Part shown: positions 1 to 13,024 of the stretch, one piece after another
Layout of the letters: each line of letters opens with the position of its first letter
Position numbering within the stretch: the stretch's first letter is position 1
From: Chiloscyllium plagiosum
Lineage: Eukaryota
Direction of reading: 5' to 3'
Assembly: GCF_004010195.1 (NCBI RefSeq)
Contig: NC_057719.1
Span: forward strand, 87,056,274-87,120,273
DNA length: 64,000 bases
Translations under genes and position numbers: made by a program
Notes under the pieces: generated by a model
What the model was told of the DNA's origin: nothing
Databases searched by the model: none
Seen by the model: the letters and a program-made list of their open reading frames with translations, nothing else

Positions 1-394
1 TATTGGCTGCAGTTTTTCATATGGAAGCTAAAATTAATTTATTAGCTATCTGACCAGGGATTGTGTTGCAGTTATGGTTTGTTTATTGTAACATCGAGAG
101 GCAGGCACTTCGAGCAAAAATGTTGGATGATTTTTTGTCCCCCTTGTTGGTTGTTGAACACTGACACCAATTTATATTGACTGAGATTTTCACAGGCTAA
201 GAATGAAGTCAAGTCTTGTACAGTCTAATACCAAAATGAAGCAGTGCTGTCAGGGGACAACAAGTATCTCCAGTTTTTTTTCGTTAGAGTTATAATTGCA
301 GAATTGCTGCTAACTAATATTAGATCTTGGGTGAAATTGGAAAGAGTTCTGAAAACAGCAATGCAGCTGACTTGAGATTTTTGGCAAAGTTTTA

Positions 395-865
395 GAACAT
401 AGAAGAATACAGCGCAGTACAGGCCCTTTGGCCCTCGATGTTGCGCCGATCCAAGCCCACCTAACCTATACTAACCCACTATCCTCCATATACCTATCCA
501 ATGCCCGATTAAATGCCCATAAAGAGGGAGAGTCCAACAATGCCCTGCCAGTAGCAGTGGTGGACTCTCCCTCTTTATAGGCATTTAAGCGGGCATTGGA
601 TAGGCATATGGAGGATAGTGGGCTAGTGTAGGTTAAGTGGGCTTGGATCGGCGCAACATCGAGGGCCAAAAGGCCTGTACTGCGCTCCAGTTGCGGCCGC
701 ACCAGAGTCTTATACACCTGCATCATGACCTCAGGACTCCGGAACTGAATTCCTCTACCAATAAAAGCCAGTACGCCATATGCCTTCCTCACCGCACTAT
801 TTACCTGGGTGGCAACTTTCAGAGATCTGTGTACATGGACACCAAGATCCCTCTGCTCATCCACA
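395..865 (-). mobile_element. CR1-clade LINE 3' fragment containing an internal inverted duplication
   Basis: Minus ORF EQRDLGVHVHRSLKVATQV...YKTLVRPQLE is typical CR1 ORF2 C-terminus; agaacatagaa tail at the left end. Confidence 0.85.
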
Positions 866-1954
866 TTTTAAAGCTGTAATTTTTCTCACTCCTGGGGGAG
901 ACATCATTTGGGGGAAAAGAAATGGAAATTTTTGAGTATCATTTTGTTTTTATTTGCATTAACTTGATCACTTTGGTGTTAAACTATTGTTGTAGAAGGC
1001 TTTGGCACTGAGGAGTTTCGTATGTTAAATGTATTTATTAATGAAAAGTTTTAAAAATTTAAGTGGCCGTTTACTGCAGCAATGGCTCACTGTCCAGCTT
1101 GAGGGCGCCATGGGGTTGGATCACACTTCAGCAAATTGAGCACTAAATCTGAGCTGCGCTTCAGTCCAGTCCTGAAGCAAATTCTTCATTGCCAAAGGTG
1201 TCACACTTCAATTGATAAATTGTATTTGGCCCATCTTGCTCAGGGAGATGCAAAAGATTCCATTAAGTTTTTCAAAAAAAAAGAGAAAATTCTCCTAATA
1301 TCAAGCCATCACCTCTCCCTTGAGCCAAAGTTGTTTTTTCTGCCTTGTGGACTTGGTGTGCATTTGGGTATGGTAGTATGTTAGTCATGTTAGTTCACTG
1401 ATGATTCAGATGCTTTTGAGAAACAAATTCAAATCCCACTGCAGCAACTGGGGTGGGTGGGAGGAGGGGAGGTGGGGGTTAAATTTAAGGTGAATTGTTT
1501 CAAAAATCTGGAGCAAAGTACCAGTCTCAAACTACTGTCAAATCCCATCTTATTAACTCTTCTTTCGGGGAGAAAATCTCCCATCCCTAACTGTGTTGAT
1601 GCCATACCCACAGTAATATTGTTGCCTGTCAAAGGCCTTCTGAAATGATTGAGCAAATTGAGCAATAAATGCTGCCTTTGCCAGTGATGATCATATCCAA
1701 AGAACATTTTTTTTAGACATGGTTGTTGCATTTGCCTTCATAATATAAACTGTAAAGTTAATTTTTTTGATACAAGGGTGCTCTGGGTTCCTTGGAAAAT
1801 TTACCATATAAATGTAAGGTTTTTTCTTTGAATGTTGTAATGGAATGGATCATCACTATTGCATTTCCTTGTATAGTGATACTTGACAGATGATACCCTT
1901 CTAGATCTCCCTGCTTGTCCTTTAAAACACTGGACTCTGTTGTTCCCTGTGCAG

Positions 1955-2122
1955 ATTGAGATCTTAATGTACTGCCAACTGAAAAGTAGGCAGAAGATGC
2001 TGTACCAGGCTTTGAAGAATAAAATCTCCATCGAAGACCTGCTCCAATCGTCCATGGGAACCACACAGCAGGCCCAGAACACCACCAGCAGCCTCATGAA
2101 TCTAGTCATGCAGTTTCGTAAG
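1955..2122 (+). CDS. INO80: INO80 chromatin-remodelling ATPase, internal coding exon (window exon 1)
   Basis: ctgtgcag|ATT...AAG|gtcagt; 168 nt, phase 0/0; IEILMYCQLKSRQKMLYQALKNKISIEDLLQSSMGTTQQAQNTTSSLMNLVMQFRK, near-identical to vertebrate INO80 as I recall it. Confidence 0.97.
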
Positions 2123-2178
2123 GTCAGTAACTTTTTCGGTTCGTAACTTACTGTTCTTAGCTTTGTGTAACCTTCTAT

Positions 2179-2465
2179 GGACAGCATGGTGGCTGAGTGG
2201 TTAGCACTGCTGCCTAGCAGCACAGGGACCTGGGTTCATATCCATCCTCAAGTCACTGTGCAAATTCCACACACACACATTCTCCCCATGTCTAGTTAGG
2301 TGGATTGGCCATGCTAAATTGCTCATAGTGTCCAGGGATGTGCTAGCTAGGAGGATTAACCATGGGAAATGTAGGATGGATCAGGGTGTGTTGGCTCTTT
2401 TGAAGGTTGTGTGGACTCGATGGGCCAAATTGTCTGCTTCCACACTGTAGGGATTCAGTGATCTA
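2179..2465 (+). mobile_element. tRNA-derived SINE (HE1/V-SINE type), diverged
   Basis: A box tggctgagtgg, B box ggttcatatcc, body ggccatgctaaattgc, CR1-like 3' tail; similar to the copies at 33452 and 52015. Confidence 0.8.
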
Positions 2466-2939
2466 TGCCTGTTCCACTCTGCCAAACATTCTAATCTGTT
2501 AAAAGTCTAAGCTTTGTGCTGTTCCTGTCACATTTTTCCACTATAAATTCTAACCTCTATACAAAGAAAAAGAAATTGCCTTTGTGAACTGATGCAGAGT
2601 GGTGGTATTTGACAACTGTAAATATCAAATTTTACTGAAAATATGAAAGAGTCATGTATTGGATCAGAATGGGAATTAAATCATGCCTGTATATTCTGTT
2701 TTAATTAGTCACATCATCAAATCTTATTGCACCTTAAAAATCATGCTTTGTTTTGGTTTGACAAGTGCATCAGTGAAAAAACAAACTGGTATTCTTTAAA
2801 AGCTGTTAAAAATTCTGCTTTGATGCCAGGTAACGGGAATATAAAGTAGTCAGGTCCCAGAGTGAAACTTAGCTTGACTAACGCGAGATTTTACTTTTGC
2901 AATCTATTCAATGTATTTTTAACCAAAAACATAATATTT

Positions 2940-4250
2940 CCTGCATCCATAGTCACAGGTGAGGTGCCAGAAGACTGGAGGTTGGCTAACATGGCACCAT
3001 TATTTAAGAAAGGTGGCAAGGACAAGCCAGGGACTATAGACCAGTGAGCCTGACATCAGTGGTGAGAAAGTTGTCAGAGGGAATCCTGAGGGCCAGGATT
3101 TGCATGCCTTTGGAAAGGCATAGAATGATTAGGGATAGTCAACATGGCTTTATGCATGGGAATCATGTCTCAAACTTGAAGTTTTTTGAAAAAGTAACAG
3201 AGGATTGATGAGGGCAGAGTGGTTGACGTGATCTAATGGACTTCAGTGAGGCGTTCGACAAGGCTCTCCATGGGAGACTGGTTAGCAAGGTTGGATCTAA
3301 TGGAATACAGGGAAAACTAGCCACTTGGATACAGAACTGGCTCAAAGGTAGAAGACAGAGGGTGGTGGTGGAGGGTTGTTTTTCAGACTGGAGGCCTGTG
3401 ACCAGTGGAGTGGCACAAGGATCGGTGTTGGGTCCTCTACCTTTTGTCATTTACACAAATGATTTGGATGTGAGCATTAGAGGTATAGTTAGTAAGTTTG
3501 CAGATGACACCAAAATTGGAGGTGTTGTGGACAGCGAAGAGGGTTATCTCAGATTACAATGGGATCTGGATCAGATGGGCCAATGGGCTGAGAAGTGGCA
3601 GGTGGAGTTGAATTTAGACAAATGCGAGGTGCTGCATTTTGTGAAAGCAAATCTTAGCAGGACTTGTACACTTAATGGTAAGNNNNNNNNNNNNNNNNNN
3701 NNNNNNTTAGGCCACTTTTGGAATATTGCATGCAGTTCTGGTCTTCTTCCTATTGGAATTATATTGTGAAACTTGAAAGAGTTCAGAAAAGATTTACAAG
3801 GATGTTGCCAGGGTTGGAGGATTTGAGCAAAAGGGAGAGGCTAAAAAGGCTGTTTTCCCTGGAGTGTTTAAGGCTAAGGGCTGACCTTGTAGAGGTTTGT
3901 AAAGTCATTAGGGCCATGGATAGGATAAATAGACAGTCATTTCCCTGGGGTGGGGAGTCCAGAAATAGAGGGTACAGGTTTCGGGTGAGAGGGGAAAGAT
4001 ACAGAAGACACCTAAGGGGCAACGTTTTCACGCAGAGCATGGTGGGTGTATGGAACGGGCTGCCAGAGGAAGTGGTGAAGGGATCCAATTATATTATTTT
4101 AAAGACATCTGGATGGGTAGGGTTTGAGGAATATGGGCCAAGTGCTGGCACATGGGATTAGATTAGATAGGGATAGCTGGTCGGCATGGACGAATTGGAC
4201 TGAATGGTCTGTTTCCCTGCTGTACGTCTGTATGACTATGACTATGACTC
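2940..4250 (+). mobile_element. CR1 LINE, 5'-truncated RT region plus 3' end (contains assembly gap 3683-3706)
   Basis: DFSEAFDK, SGVAQGSVLGP, SKFADDTK RT motifs; (tatgac)n tail at about 4230-4250. Confidence 0.93.
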
Positions 4251-4959
4251 TGTAAGTAAAGAATATAGACGATGTCACTCTAAAAGAACAATTTGAAATG
4301 GTCTTATTAGAGATATCAGAAATAAGATTCAACCTTTGATAACAAACATGCAGATACTTAAACGTCAGTAATTAGTCACACTCTCCACTTCAGAGCTCTT
4401 ATATACAGCTTGCATAACGATAGCCTGTTTCATTTTGACAGATTCTGCATTTACTTAATGCTATTTTGTTTAGTTAATAACTTACCCTGAAACTTTTAAA
4501 TGAGTTGCTGCCTTAGCTCACTTATTATTTAACAGGTGTTTCATAAACTCATTTCTTCACTAGCCTTCTGTTCTTGGATCTGCTCTATTGAGCCACTTGG
4601 GACTACTTTTCCGAACAGTCTGCTGCAGAGAGTGCTGAACTTTGCTACTATAGGTCTGTTCTATCAGACTGAAAGCTGATTTCCTGGTATTTGTCTTTCA
4701 GTAGTACTGGACTCTTATGGCGTTCTTGCTTTTTTTTCTAAAGCATTGAACTATTCATCTCAAAGGATTAACGGTCAAATAAACATGCATTGAAGCAAAC
4801 ATATTTCCAGATATCCTGGTACACTCTCATTACTCAAAATTTAAAACTAAAACTCTCTTTGCAAGCAGTGCTGTAATTCATAACAACTTTAATACTGTTG
4901 ATCATCTCTCTGCTATATAACTTGAAGCTTTTAAGCAGTTATGCTGTATTAAGAATCAT

Positions 4960-5850
4960 CACGATGCAGTCTCATTCTATGATATACACCATCTAAGACT
5001 GAACAAGCAAAGTTGCTAGGTTAAATCATAGGTAATAATGTAGGTTAGCTCCACGAAAATGTCAAATTGTCCATCTGGTCAGGAAAAGTGTTAAGTTATC
5101 TGTTTCAGTAGCAAAATTAGAAAAGCAGCATTTTCTTTGAGTGATTAATCATTGTGGAGCTCAGGGATGCAGAAGGGTCAGGGTGGCCTAGTACATGAAT
5201 GACAAAAGGTTACTATTCAAGTACAGGAAATAGGCGGGATCTTACAAGCTTGTTTATCCTGAGTGGAATTGAGTACAGAGATAGAAAGGTTATGTTTCAG
5301 TTTTACAGGGCACTTTTGAGAAACCATATCTGGAATTCTCTGTACAGTTCTGGTTACCATATTTAAGAGGGCTCATAATGCATTGGAAGCAGCTCAAAAG
5401 GTTTACTAGACTAATACCTGGAATGGTTGGATTGCTGTCTTACAAAGTGTTGAGCAGGCCAAACTTGTATCTCCTATAATTTAGCCAAGTAAGAAGTTAC
5501 ATCTTTGAAATACAAAGATAGTGATGCATCTTGACAAGTTTGATTTGGACAGCATGTTTTCTCTTGTGCGAGAATCTAGAATTAGGAGTTAGTGTTGCAA
5601 AATAAGAAGTCACCCACTGAAAACAGATAAGATGAAAGTCTTTGCTGTCCATGAGTTTGGGTCTTTGGACTTCTCTTCCTGAAAATGTGGTTGAATATTT
5701 TAAGGCAGAGGTGGATAGATCCTTGTGAAGCAAACGGGTGAAATGTTATCAGGGTTAGACAGGAATGTGGATTTGTGGTTGCAATCAAACCAGCATCTCA
5801 TTGACCTGTCAGGTTCGAGGGCTTCTACTCATGCTGTATGTTTATCTGTT
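4960..5850 (+). mobile_element. Old, highly decayed CR1 LINE 3' fragment
   Basis: Remnant motifs tgtacagttctgg, ggtttactagactaatacctggaatg, tttaaggcagaggtggataga. Confidence 0.65.
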
Positions 5851-7389
5851 CCTATTACAGAATGTAAATGCTGGAGGAATTGTCTGTCCATTTTAAAGGG
5901 CAAGTGATCAATCATAGCAGATCAAACAAATGATCTATGATTGATTTATGCATTTGTTCTTGAATTGCATAGAGGTTTCATTTGAGGATGAGGAATAAAG
6001 CAGTGCAAGTAAAAGGATTGATAAGGGCGAGTGATGCAAATGTCAGGATTGTAATACAGCACAGAGTAGCAATGTTGCCTCCTTAATCTACTGATGCTGC
6101 ATATCACGTGTACTGTATTTCCTGGTAATCTTTATGGGGAATTATTCTAATTATTCCTACCAGCAAACGTTTTTGCACCCAAAACTGTTTGGTTTCAGGT
6201 TGGCCAATTGCAACAGCAAAGGAATTAGCTGGAATGTAAAAGGCCAAAGCATGTACACTGTTGTTCTGAGACAAAAACAAAATGAGACTGCACGATTACT
6301 GAAGAGGGAATGCAACGTCAAATCTGTTGAGTTTAATCCAGAGTACTCCCAGCACCTTTAAGTGTCTTTTGCTGTAGCTTTTCAACAGATCTTCCAAACT
6401 TTCCTAATTAATGGCCTCAGAATAATGAAATACATTCTATGAAACCATGTCATAATTGTTCATTTCTCTCTTCTGTCTATTGGTTACATACATTGGGGTC
6501 TGGCAGCCCCACAGGTATCATATCCAATCAATAACTGTGCAACAATATGGGCAAACCTGAAGATTGAGAGAGAGGATGGGCAGAGAGTTGAGCAAAAGTT
6601 TTATGCTGGTAAAGCAAGGTTATCGCAGGGAATAGAAATTTAAAAATATTGTGGCATAATTAAGTGCGTGGATCTATTTGGCATGCAGGGATGAGTTTGG
6701 AAGTTGAACTTAATTAGAAAATAAGTAGTCCTATCGTCCTATGTGTACGCTATTTCTGAAAGACAGACAATAGCAAAGGAGGAGGGGTAGCCTCGAAGAT
6801 GATGGATTGCGATGAGACAAAAACAAATTCAAATTTGGCAATCAGTTTACATTTTGCTCCAAGATACCAAACTCCAATCAAGTTTGAATTTAGAATTTTG
6901 ACAATATTAAAACCAGTGAAACTATCCCATGTTTTGGGGTATAAGTATCAGACAGTTTGAACAGTTAGTCAGAGCGACAAAGAGAGAGAACTGCCCAAAG
7001 ACCAACAGATGTAGGCTGCCAGGCAGAACTCTGAGAGGTAAGTGTCTGGAGAAGGTGTTTGCACAGAAAAATAACATCGACATCGGCCTGGAGAGCAAAT
7101 CTACAGAGGAAGATACAAAGAGAAGATTTGACAGCTGGCTGGTTTTGAAATTGGAATTATTCAGTAAATCTTAATCAGGGGTTTTAACGGACTAGTATTG
7201 TAGAGGAGAAGTTAGAAGGTAGGTTTAGGTAAATGAGTTGTGAATAGTTGCTAGTTAATTCTTCTCTGTTAGATTTTATTTTTAAAAAGCTGTTAATTTT
7301 TACTTCAGTTTGCAGCACAGGGTAAATGTTTTGTGTTGCTGGTTTTGTGGGGGTGGGGGGGGGGGGGTCACTGCTGTCTGAGTGAAGAA

Positions 7390-10130
7390 ACTACCTCTTC
7401 CTTAGCTTGAAACTGAAGGGTTAAAGCTATGTCCCCTCTTGCTACCCATCACTATCCGAGGAAAAAGGCCTCACTGTCCAGCCTATCTACTCCTCTGATC
7501 ATCTTGTATGTCTCTGTTTAGTCACCTCTCAACCTTCTCTCTAATGAAAACAGCCTCAAATACCTCAGCCTTTCCTCCATAAGACCTTCCCTCCGTACAA
7601 GGCAACATCCTGCTAAGTCTCCTCTGCATCCTTTCCAATGCTTCCACATCCTTCCTATAATGCGGCGACCAGAACTGTATGCAATACTCCCAAGTGCAGC
7701 CTCACCAGAGTTTTGTACAGCTGCAACATGGCTCTGAAACTCAATCCCTTTACTAATAAAAGTAAACACACCATATGCCACCTTAATGACCCTTTCAGGG
7801 ATCTATGCACATGCAGATAGATCTCTGCTCATCCAAACTACCAAGAATCTTACCATTAGCCCAGTACTCCATATTCCTGTTGCTCAATGACCTCAAACAT
7901 TTCTGCATTAAACTCCGTTTGCCACCCCTTAGCCCAACTCTGCAGCTTATCTATGTCCCTCTGTAACCTGCAACATTCTTTGGCACTGTCCACAACTCCT
8001 CCAACTTGTATCATCCATAAATTTACTAACCCATCCTTCTATGCCCTCATCCAGATCATTTATAAAAATGACAAACAGCAGTGGCCCCAAAACCGATCAA
8101 TTGCAGAACGGCACTACTAACCGAACTCCAGGATGAACATTTCCCATCAATCACCACCTTCTGTTGTCTTTAGGTTAGCCACTTTCTGATCCAAACCGCC
8201 AAATCATCCTCCATCCCATGCCTCCATATTTACTGCACTAGCCTACCATGGGGAGCCTTATCAAATGTTTTACTGTAATCCATATGTCCCACATCAACCA
8301 CTTTACCCTCATCCACCTGTTTTGTCACCTTCTCAAAGAACTCAACGTTTGTGAGGCATGACCTACCCTTCACAAAACAAGGTTGACTATCCCTAATCAT
8401 ATCATTCCTTATGATTGTAAATCCTATCTCTTAAAATCCTTTCGGACACTTTACCCACAAATGAAGTAAGGCTCACTGGCCTATAATTACCAGGGTTGTT
8501 TCTGCTCCCCTTCTTGAACAAAAGAACAACATTTGCTATCCTCCACTCTTCTGGCAGTATTCATGTAGACAAAGGTGACATAAAGATTCAAGCCAAAGGC
8601 TATGCAGTCTCCTCCCTAGCTTCCCAGAGAATCAGAGGATAAATTCCATCTGGCCCATGGGACTTAGCTATTTTCACAATTTCCAAAATTGCTAACACCA
8701 CCTCCTTATGAACCTCAATCCTGTCTCGTCTGATGGCCTGTATTTCAGTATTCTCCTCAACAACATGGTCTTTTACCTGTGTAAATACTGATGAAAAATG
8801 TTCATTTAGCGCCTCTCCTATCTCTTCGGACTCTTTGCACAACTTCCCACTACTGTCCTTGACAGGCCCTAATCTTAATCTAGTCTTTTTTTTAATTCCT
8901 AGCTCCTCTTAGCTCGCTCTTTAGGTCCTTTCTCACTAACTTGTAACAGTCAAGCACAGTAACTGAGCCATTGTGCCTTATCTTTACATAAGTCACCTCC
9001 TTGCTCTTGGCGAGATTCAACTACTTTAGTAAACCACGTTACCCTTGTTCAGTCACTTCCTGCCTGTCTGACAGGTACGTACTTATCAAGGACACGTGGT
9101 AGCTGTTACTTGAACAAGCTTCTCATTTCAATTGTGCCCATCTCGTGCAGTTTCCTTCCCCATCCTAAGCATTCTAAATCTTGCCTAATTGCATCATAAT
9201 TGCCTTTCCCCAGCTATAAGTCTTGCCCTGTGGTATATACCTAATCCCTTTCCATTGCTAAAGTAAACTTAACCAATACCTAATCCCTTTCCATTGCTAA
9301 AGTAAACTTAACCAAATTATGGTCATTGTCACCAAAATGCTCACCTACCTCCAAATCTAACACCTGGCCAGGTTCATTACCCAGTGCCAAATCCAGTGTG
9401 GCCTCGTCTCTTGTTGGCCTATTTTCATACTATGTCAGGACATCCTCCTGCATACATTGGACAAAAACTGACCCATCTAAGGTACTCGAACTATAGTGTT
9501 TCCAGTCAATATTTGGAAACTTAAAAGTCCCCCATAACAACTACCCTGTTACTTTCACTCCTATCCCGAATCATCTTTGCAATCCTGTCCTCTACATCTC
9601 TGGAACTTTTCGGAGGCCTGTGGAAAACTCTCAACAGGGTGACCTCTTCTTTCCTGTTTCTTACCTCAGCCATACTACCTCAGTAGATGAGTCTTCATCA
9701 AATGCCCTTTCTGCCACTGTAATACTGTCCTTGACTAACAATGCCACACCTCTCCCTCTTTTGCAACTTTCCCTTATCCTACTGTAACATCTAAACTGTG
9801 GAACTGCAATAGTCATTACTGTCCCTTCTCTATCCATGTCCGAAATGGTCACAACATGGAAGTCCCAGGTTTCAATCCATACTGCAAGTTCACCCACCTT
9901 ATTTGGGATGCTCCTGGTGTTGAAGTAGACACACTTCAAACCGCTTTCCTGCCTGCTGGTACAGTGCTGCAACCTTGAAACTTATTCATGACCTCACTTC
10001 TCTCAACCTCTTGTACACTGGAGCTACAGTTCAGGTTCCCATCCCCCTGCTTGAATTAGTTTTAGCCTGTTCCCTTTCATCCCCTGATTGCAACCCACCT
10101 ACCCTCTTCCTGTACCTGAGGTGTGACTAC
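7390..10130 (-). mobile_element. CR1 LINE ORF2 (endonuclease plus RT), decayed
   Basis: Minus ORFs GLKCVYFNTRSIPNKVGEL (APE endonuclease start), EALNEHFSSVFT...KSHGPDGIYP, LRLFSLERRLRGD. Confidence 0.9.
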
Positions 10131-10152
10131 CTCCCTGTAAGTCTCCTCAGTT

Positions 10153-10560
10153 ACTGTGGTTCTGTTCGCCGTGCTGGGAATTTGTGTTGCAGATGTTTCA
10201 TCCCCTGTCTAGGTGACATCCTCAGTGCTTGGGAGCCTCCTGTGAAGCGCTTCTGTGATCTTTCCTCCGGCATTTGTAGTAGTTTGAATCTGCTGCTTCT
10301 GGTTGTCAGTTCCAGCTGTCCGTTGCAGTGGCCGGTATATTGGGTCCAGGTCGATGTGCTTATTGATTTGAATCTGTGGATGAGTGCCATGCCTCGAGGA
10401 ATTCCCTGGCTGTTCTCTGTTTGGCTTGTCCTATAATAGTAGTGTTGTCCCAGTCGAATTCCTGTTGCTTGTCATCTGCATTTGTGTCTACTAAGGATAG
10501 CGTTGCTTGTCATCTGCATTTGTGTCTACTAAGGATAGCTGGTTGTCGTTTCGTGGCTAG
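10153..10560 (-). mobile_element. Penelope-like element 3' fragment (GIY-YIG tail plus terminal repeat, family C)
   Basis: Minus strand encodes remnants FDWDNTTIIGQAK...REFLEAWHS..SINKHIDLDPIY, homologous to 16690-17336; followed by a hammerhead motif. Confidence 0.85.
10189..10228 (-). ncRNA. Minimal hammerhead ribozyme motif (PLE family C), slightly decayed
   Basis: Minus strand: GCA-CUGAGGA-U-GUCACCU(AGAC)AGGGGAU-GAAA-CA-UC-UGC; stem I GCA/UGC. Confidence 0.7.
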
Positions 10561-11390
10561 CTGCCAGAGGAAGTGGTGGAAGCTGGTACAATTACAATGT
10601 TTTAAAAGCCATCTGTATGGGTATATGGATAGGAAGGACTTCGAGGGATATGAGCCAAGTGCTGGCAAATGGGACTAGATTAGTTTAGGATATCTGGCTT
10701 GTTTGGATGAGTTGGACCGAAAGGTCTGTTTTATGTGCTATCCGTCTTTGACTATGTATAGAAAAGTATGTTGGCCTTTATTACAATAGGATTGCTGTAT
10801 TGGGAGAAAATGTCTTGCCATAATTTTAGAGCTTTATGGAGACCACAGCTGGAATGGTGTGCGCAATTTTGGTCTCTATTTAAGAAAATATACAACAACT
10901 ATCCCAATCCCAGCCACTATTTAGTGAATCTTCATTGTACTTCCTCCAATGCAGTACAATGAAGGTTCACTAAATAGTGGCTGGGATTGGGATAGTTGTT
11001 GTATGATAGACTGAGTAAATTGGGTCTGCATACTTCCGAAGTTCAGAAGAATTAAGAACTGCTCTCGGTGTGACTATCAAGATTCTGATGGAGCTTGATA
11101 GGGTAGGAGAATCTAAACTGGGGCACAATCCCACGATAGGATGCTGATAATTCAGCACTGAGGTAAGGAAAAACTATATCACTCAAAGGTTTGAGAGTCT
11201 TTGGAATACGCTGCCTCAATGGGTTCCATCGTTGACTATGTTTAAGGCTGAGACAGACAGATCTGTGTTATTTCTAGTCACAAGATGAGGCAAGTGGGCA
11301 GGAAGTAGGTTGTACCCCAAACCCATTGTTACATCAGCTAGTGGAGCAGGTTCAATGGACAATATGGTCTACTCCTATTTCTTGCCGCCT
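10560..11390 (+). mobile_element. Two adjacent CR1 3' fragments
   Basis: ctgccagaggaagtggtggaagctggtaca 3' end, then an older fragment encoding RPQLEWCAQFWS. Confidence 0.75.
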
Positions 11391-11402
11391 TGGATAAGAG
11401 AT

Positions 11403-11620
11403 GGACAGCATGGGTTTCCTCTGGGTGCTCCAGTTTCCTCCCACAGATTTGCAGATTAGTTGAATTGGACATGCTAAATTTTCCATAGTGTTCTGGGATG
11501 TGTTGGCTAGGTAAATTAGTCAGGGGAAATGGAGGGCAATGGGTCTGGGTGTGATATTCTTCAAAGGGTCGGTGTGTACCTGTTGGGCCTCATGGTCTGT
11601 TTCCACAGTATTGTGATTCT
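11403..11620 (+). mobile_element. HE1/V-type SINE, internally deleted
   Basis: gggtttcctctgggtgctccagtttcctcccaca...catgctaaatt core shared with the 33452 copy. Confidence 0.8.
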
Positions 11621-12070
11621 AACTATCATAGGCTTTAACTTGAGAGTCGTAGGGGGTTTGTCAAGGGCCCTTGCTATTTTAAGTTTTCCTCTCTATCTGA
11701 GTTGAGCTCAATCAGCACAGACCGGGAATTAGTGCCTTTATGTAGCAACTTATCTCCAGATTCTCTCAGAATATGGATTGAGACTTTTACTTTGTACCTA
11801 GTACTATTTGGGAATGAAAACCAACCAGGACTTGGGGTTTTTAACTTCATAAATCAACAGGGACTTGGTAAGTATGGTTTTCTCCTGTAAATGATTAAGA
11901 AAACAGGGTAGATCAAGAGTCAGGATGTTTACGTATTTGTATCAGTGAAAGAATGGTTTATTTTTATGCACAGGTGAATGTGTAATTTCCTGAAGGAACA
12001 AATTGTCATAATTGCTAAGTATGTATTGGTTATATGTTATTTTCAGTTCCGGTTCTTTTGTCTTTTTCAG

Positions 12071-12204
12071 GTCTGTAACCATCCAGAACTGTTTGAACGC
12101 CAAGAAACTAAATCACCTTTTCATATGTCTCTGAAACCGTACAACATTCCCAAACTTATTTACAGAGATGGGCAGATCAATCATTTCAATCATTGTCGCA
12201 ACAG
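12071..12204 (+). CDS. INO80: INO80 coding exon (window exon 2)
   Basis: tctttttcag|GTC...AG|gtcagc; 134 nt, phase 0/2; VCNHPELFERQETKSPFHMSLKPYNIPKLIYRDGQINHFNHCRN(R); continues the SNF2 motif FRKVCNHP. Confidence 0.97.
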
Positions 12205-12874
12205 GTCAGCAAGCATAAAATCCACAATTATCTCCTCTACTTTGCCCGCTAAAACACTACCATTAAAACCAATCCATGTTAAACTTTTTTTTGTGTGGGA
12301 AAGTTTGTTCTGTTCCTCTAGTGTGTTGGAGATGAGAATGGGATGTCAAATGGAAAGCTATCCATTCCCCTGCACAAACCTTTCAGGGTCCTTCTAACAG
12401 TGTTAGCAAGTCAAAGTCACTGCTGCCCTGCCAGCACTAGAAAAACATTATCAAATCTCCCACAGCAGCCATCCTATACTGTTCCTTGGTGACGTTACTG
12501 GTCCTTTGAGCTTATGCTCAAAATCTATCTACTGGCACTTTAATTGAGTCTCTCCAAGACAAAGTGGTTGTAGTTAAAGGACATCTGTCTGGGCTTCATC
12601 CCAGCAATAGGAAGCCCACATGTCCTGTTGGGTTGACTTTCTGTTTATGGCTGTGGTTTGGCTACTACACATATGCAGAACTACCTGGGAAAGAGATTGA
12701 CAGTTTACCTGTTTGTGGGGAATGCTGATGGGTTTGTGTATGTGAATGCTTGCATCTCTTGCAGAAGTGGATGGTGTTCCCTGGCTCTGTAGAGCTACCA
12801 GTTTTTTGAGGCTGCTGTTTGCACAAACTTACTTAGGTGACTAGTTCATTTCTCATTGATTTTTTTTTATTTAG

Positions 12875-12942
12875 GTGGTTACGAGTCATTCTATCTCCAT
12901 TCTCCCCAGCCTACATTCAGCAGTCTCTTTTTCATAGAAAAG
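12875..12942 (+). CDS. INO80: INO80 coding exon (window exon 3)
   Basis: ttttatttag|G...AAAG|gtaaga; 68 nt, phase 2/1; WLRVILSPFSPAYIQQSLFHRK. Confidence 0.95.
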
Positions 12943-13024
12943 GTAAGAGTTCACTCGATGTCTTCAAAGACTTTATACACTTATTGGTCACCAGACTGCT
13001 CAAGGAATGTTTCTCTTGACTCAG

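Noticed and set aside
6815..7370. Possible solo LTR (TATA-like gtataagta, distinct composition)
   Set aside because: No TG...CA ends, TSD or second copy could be established from the window
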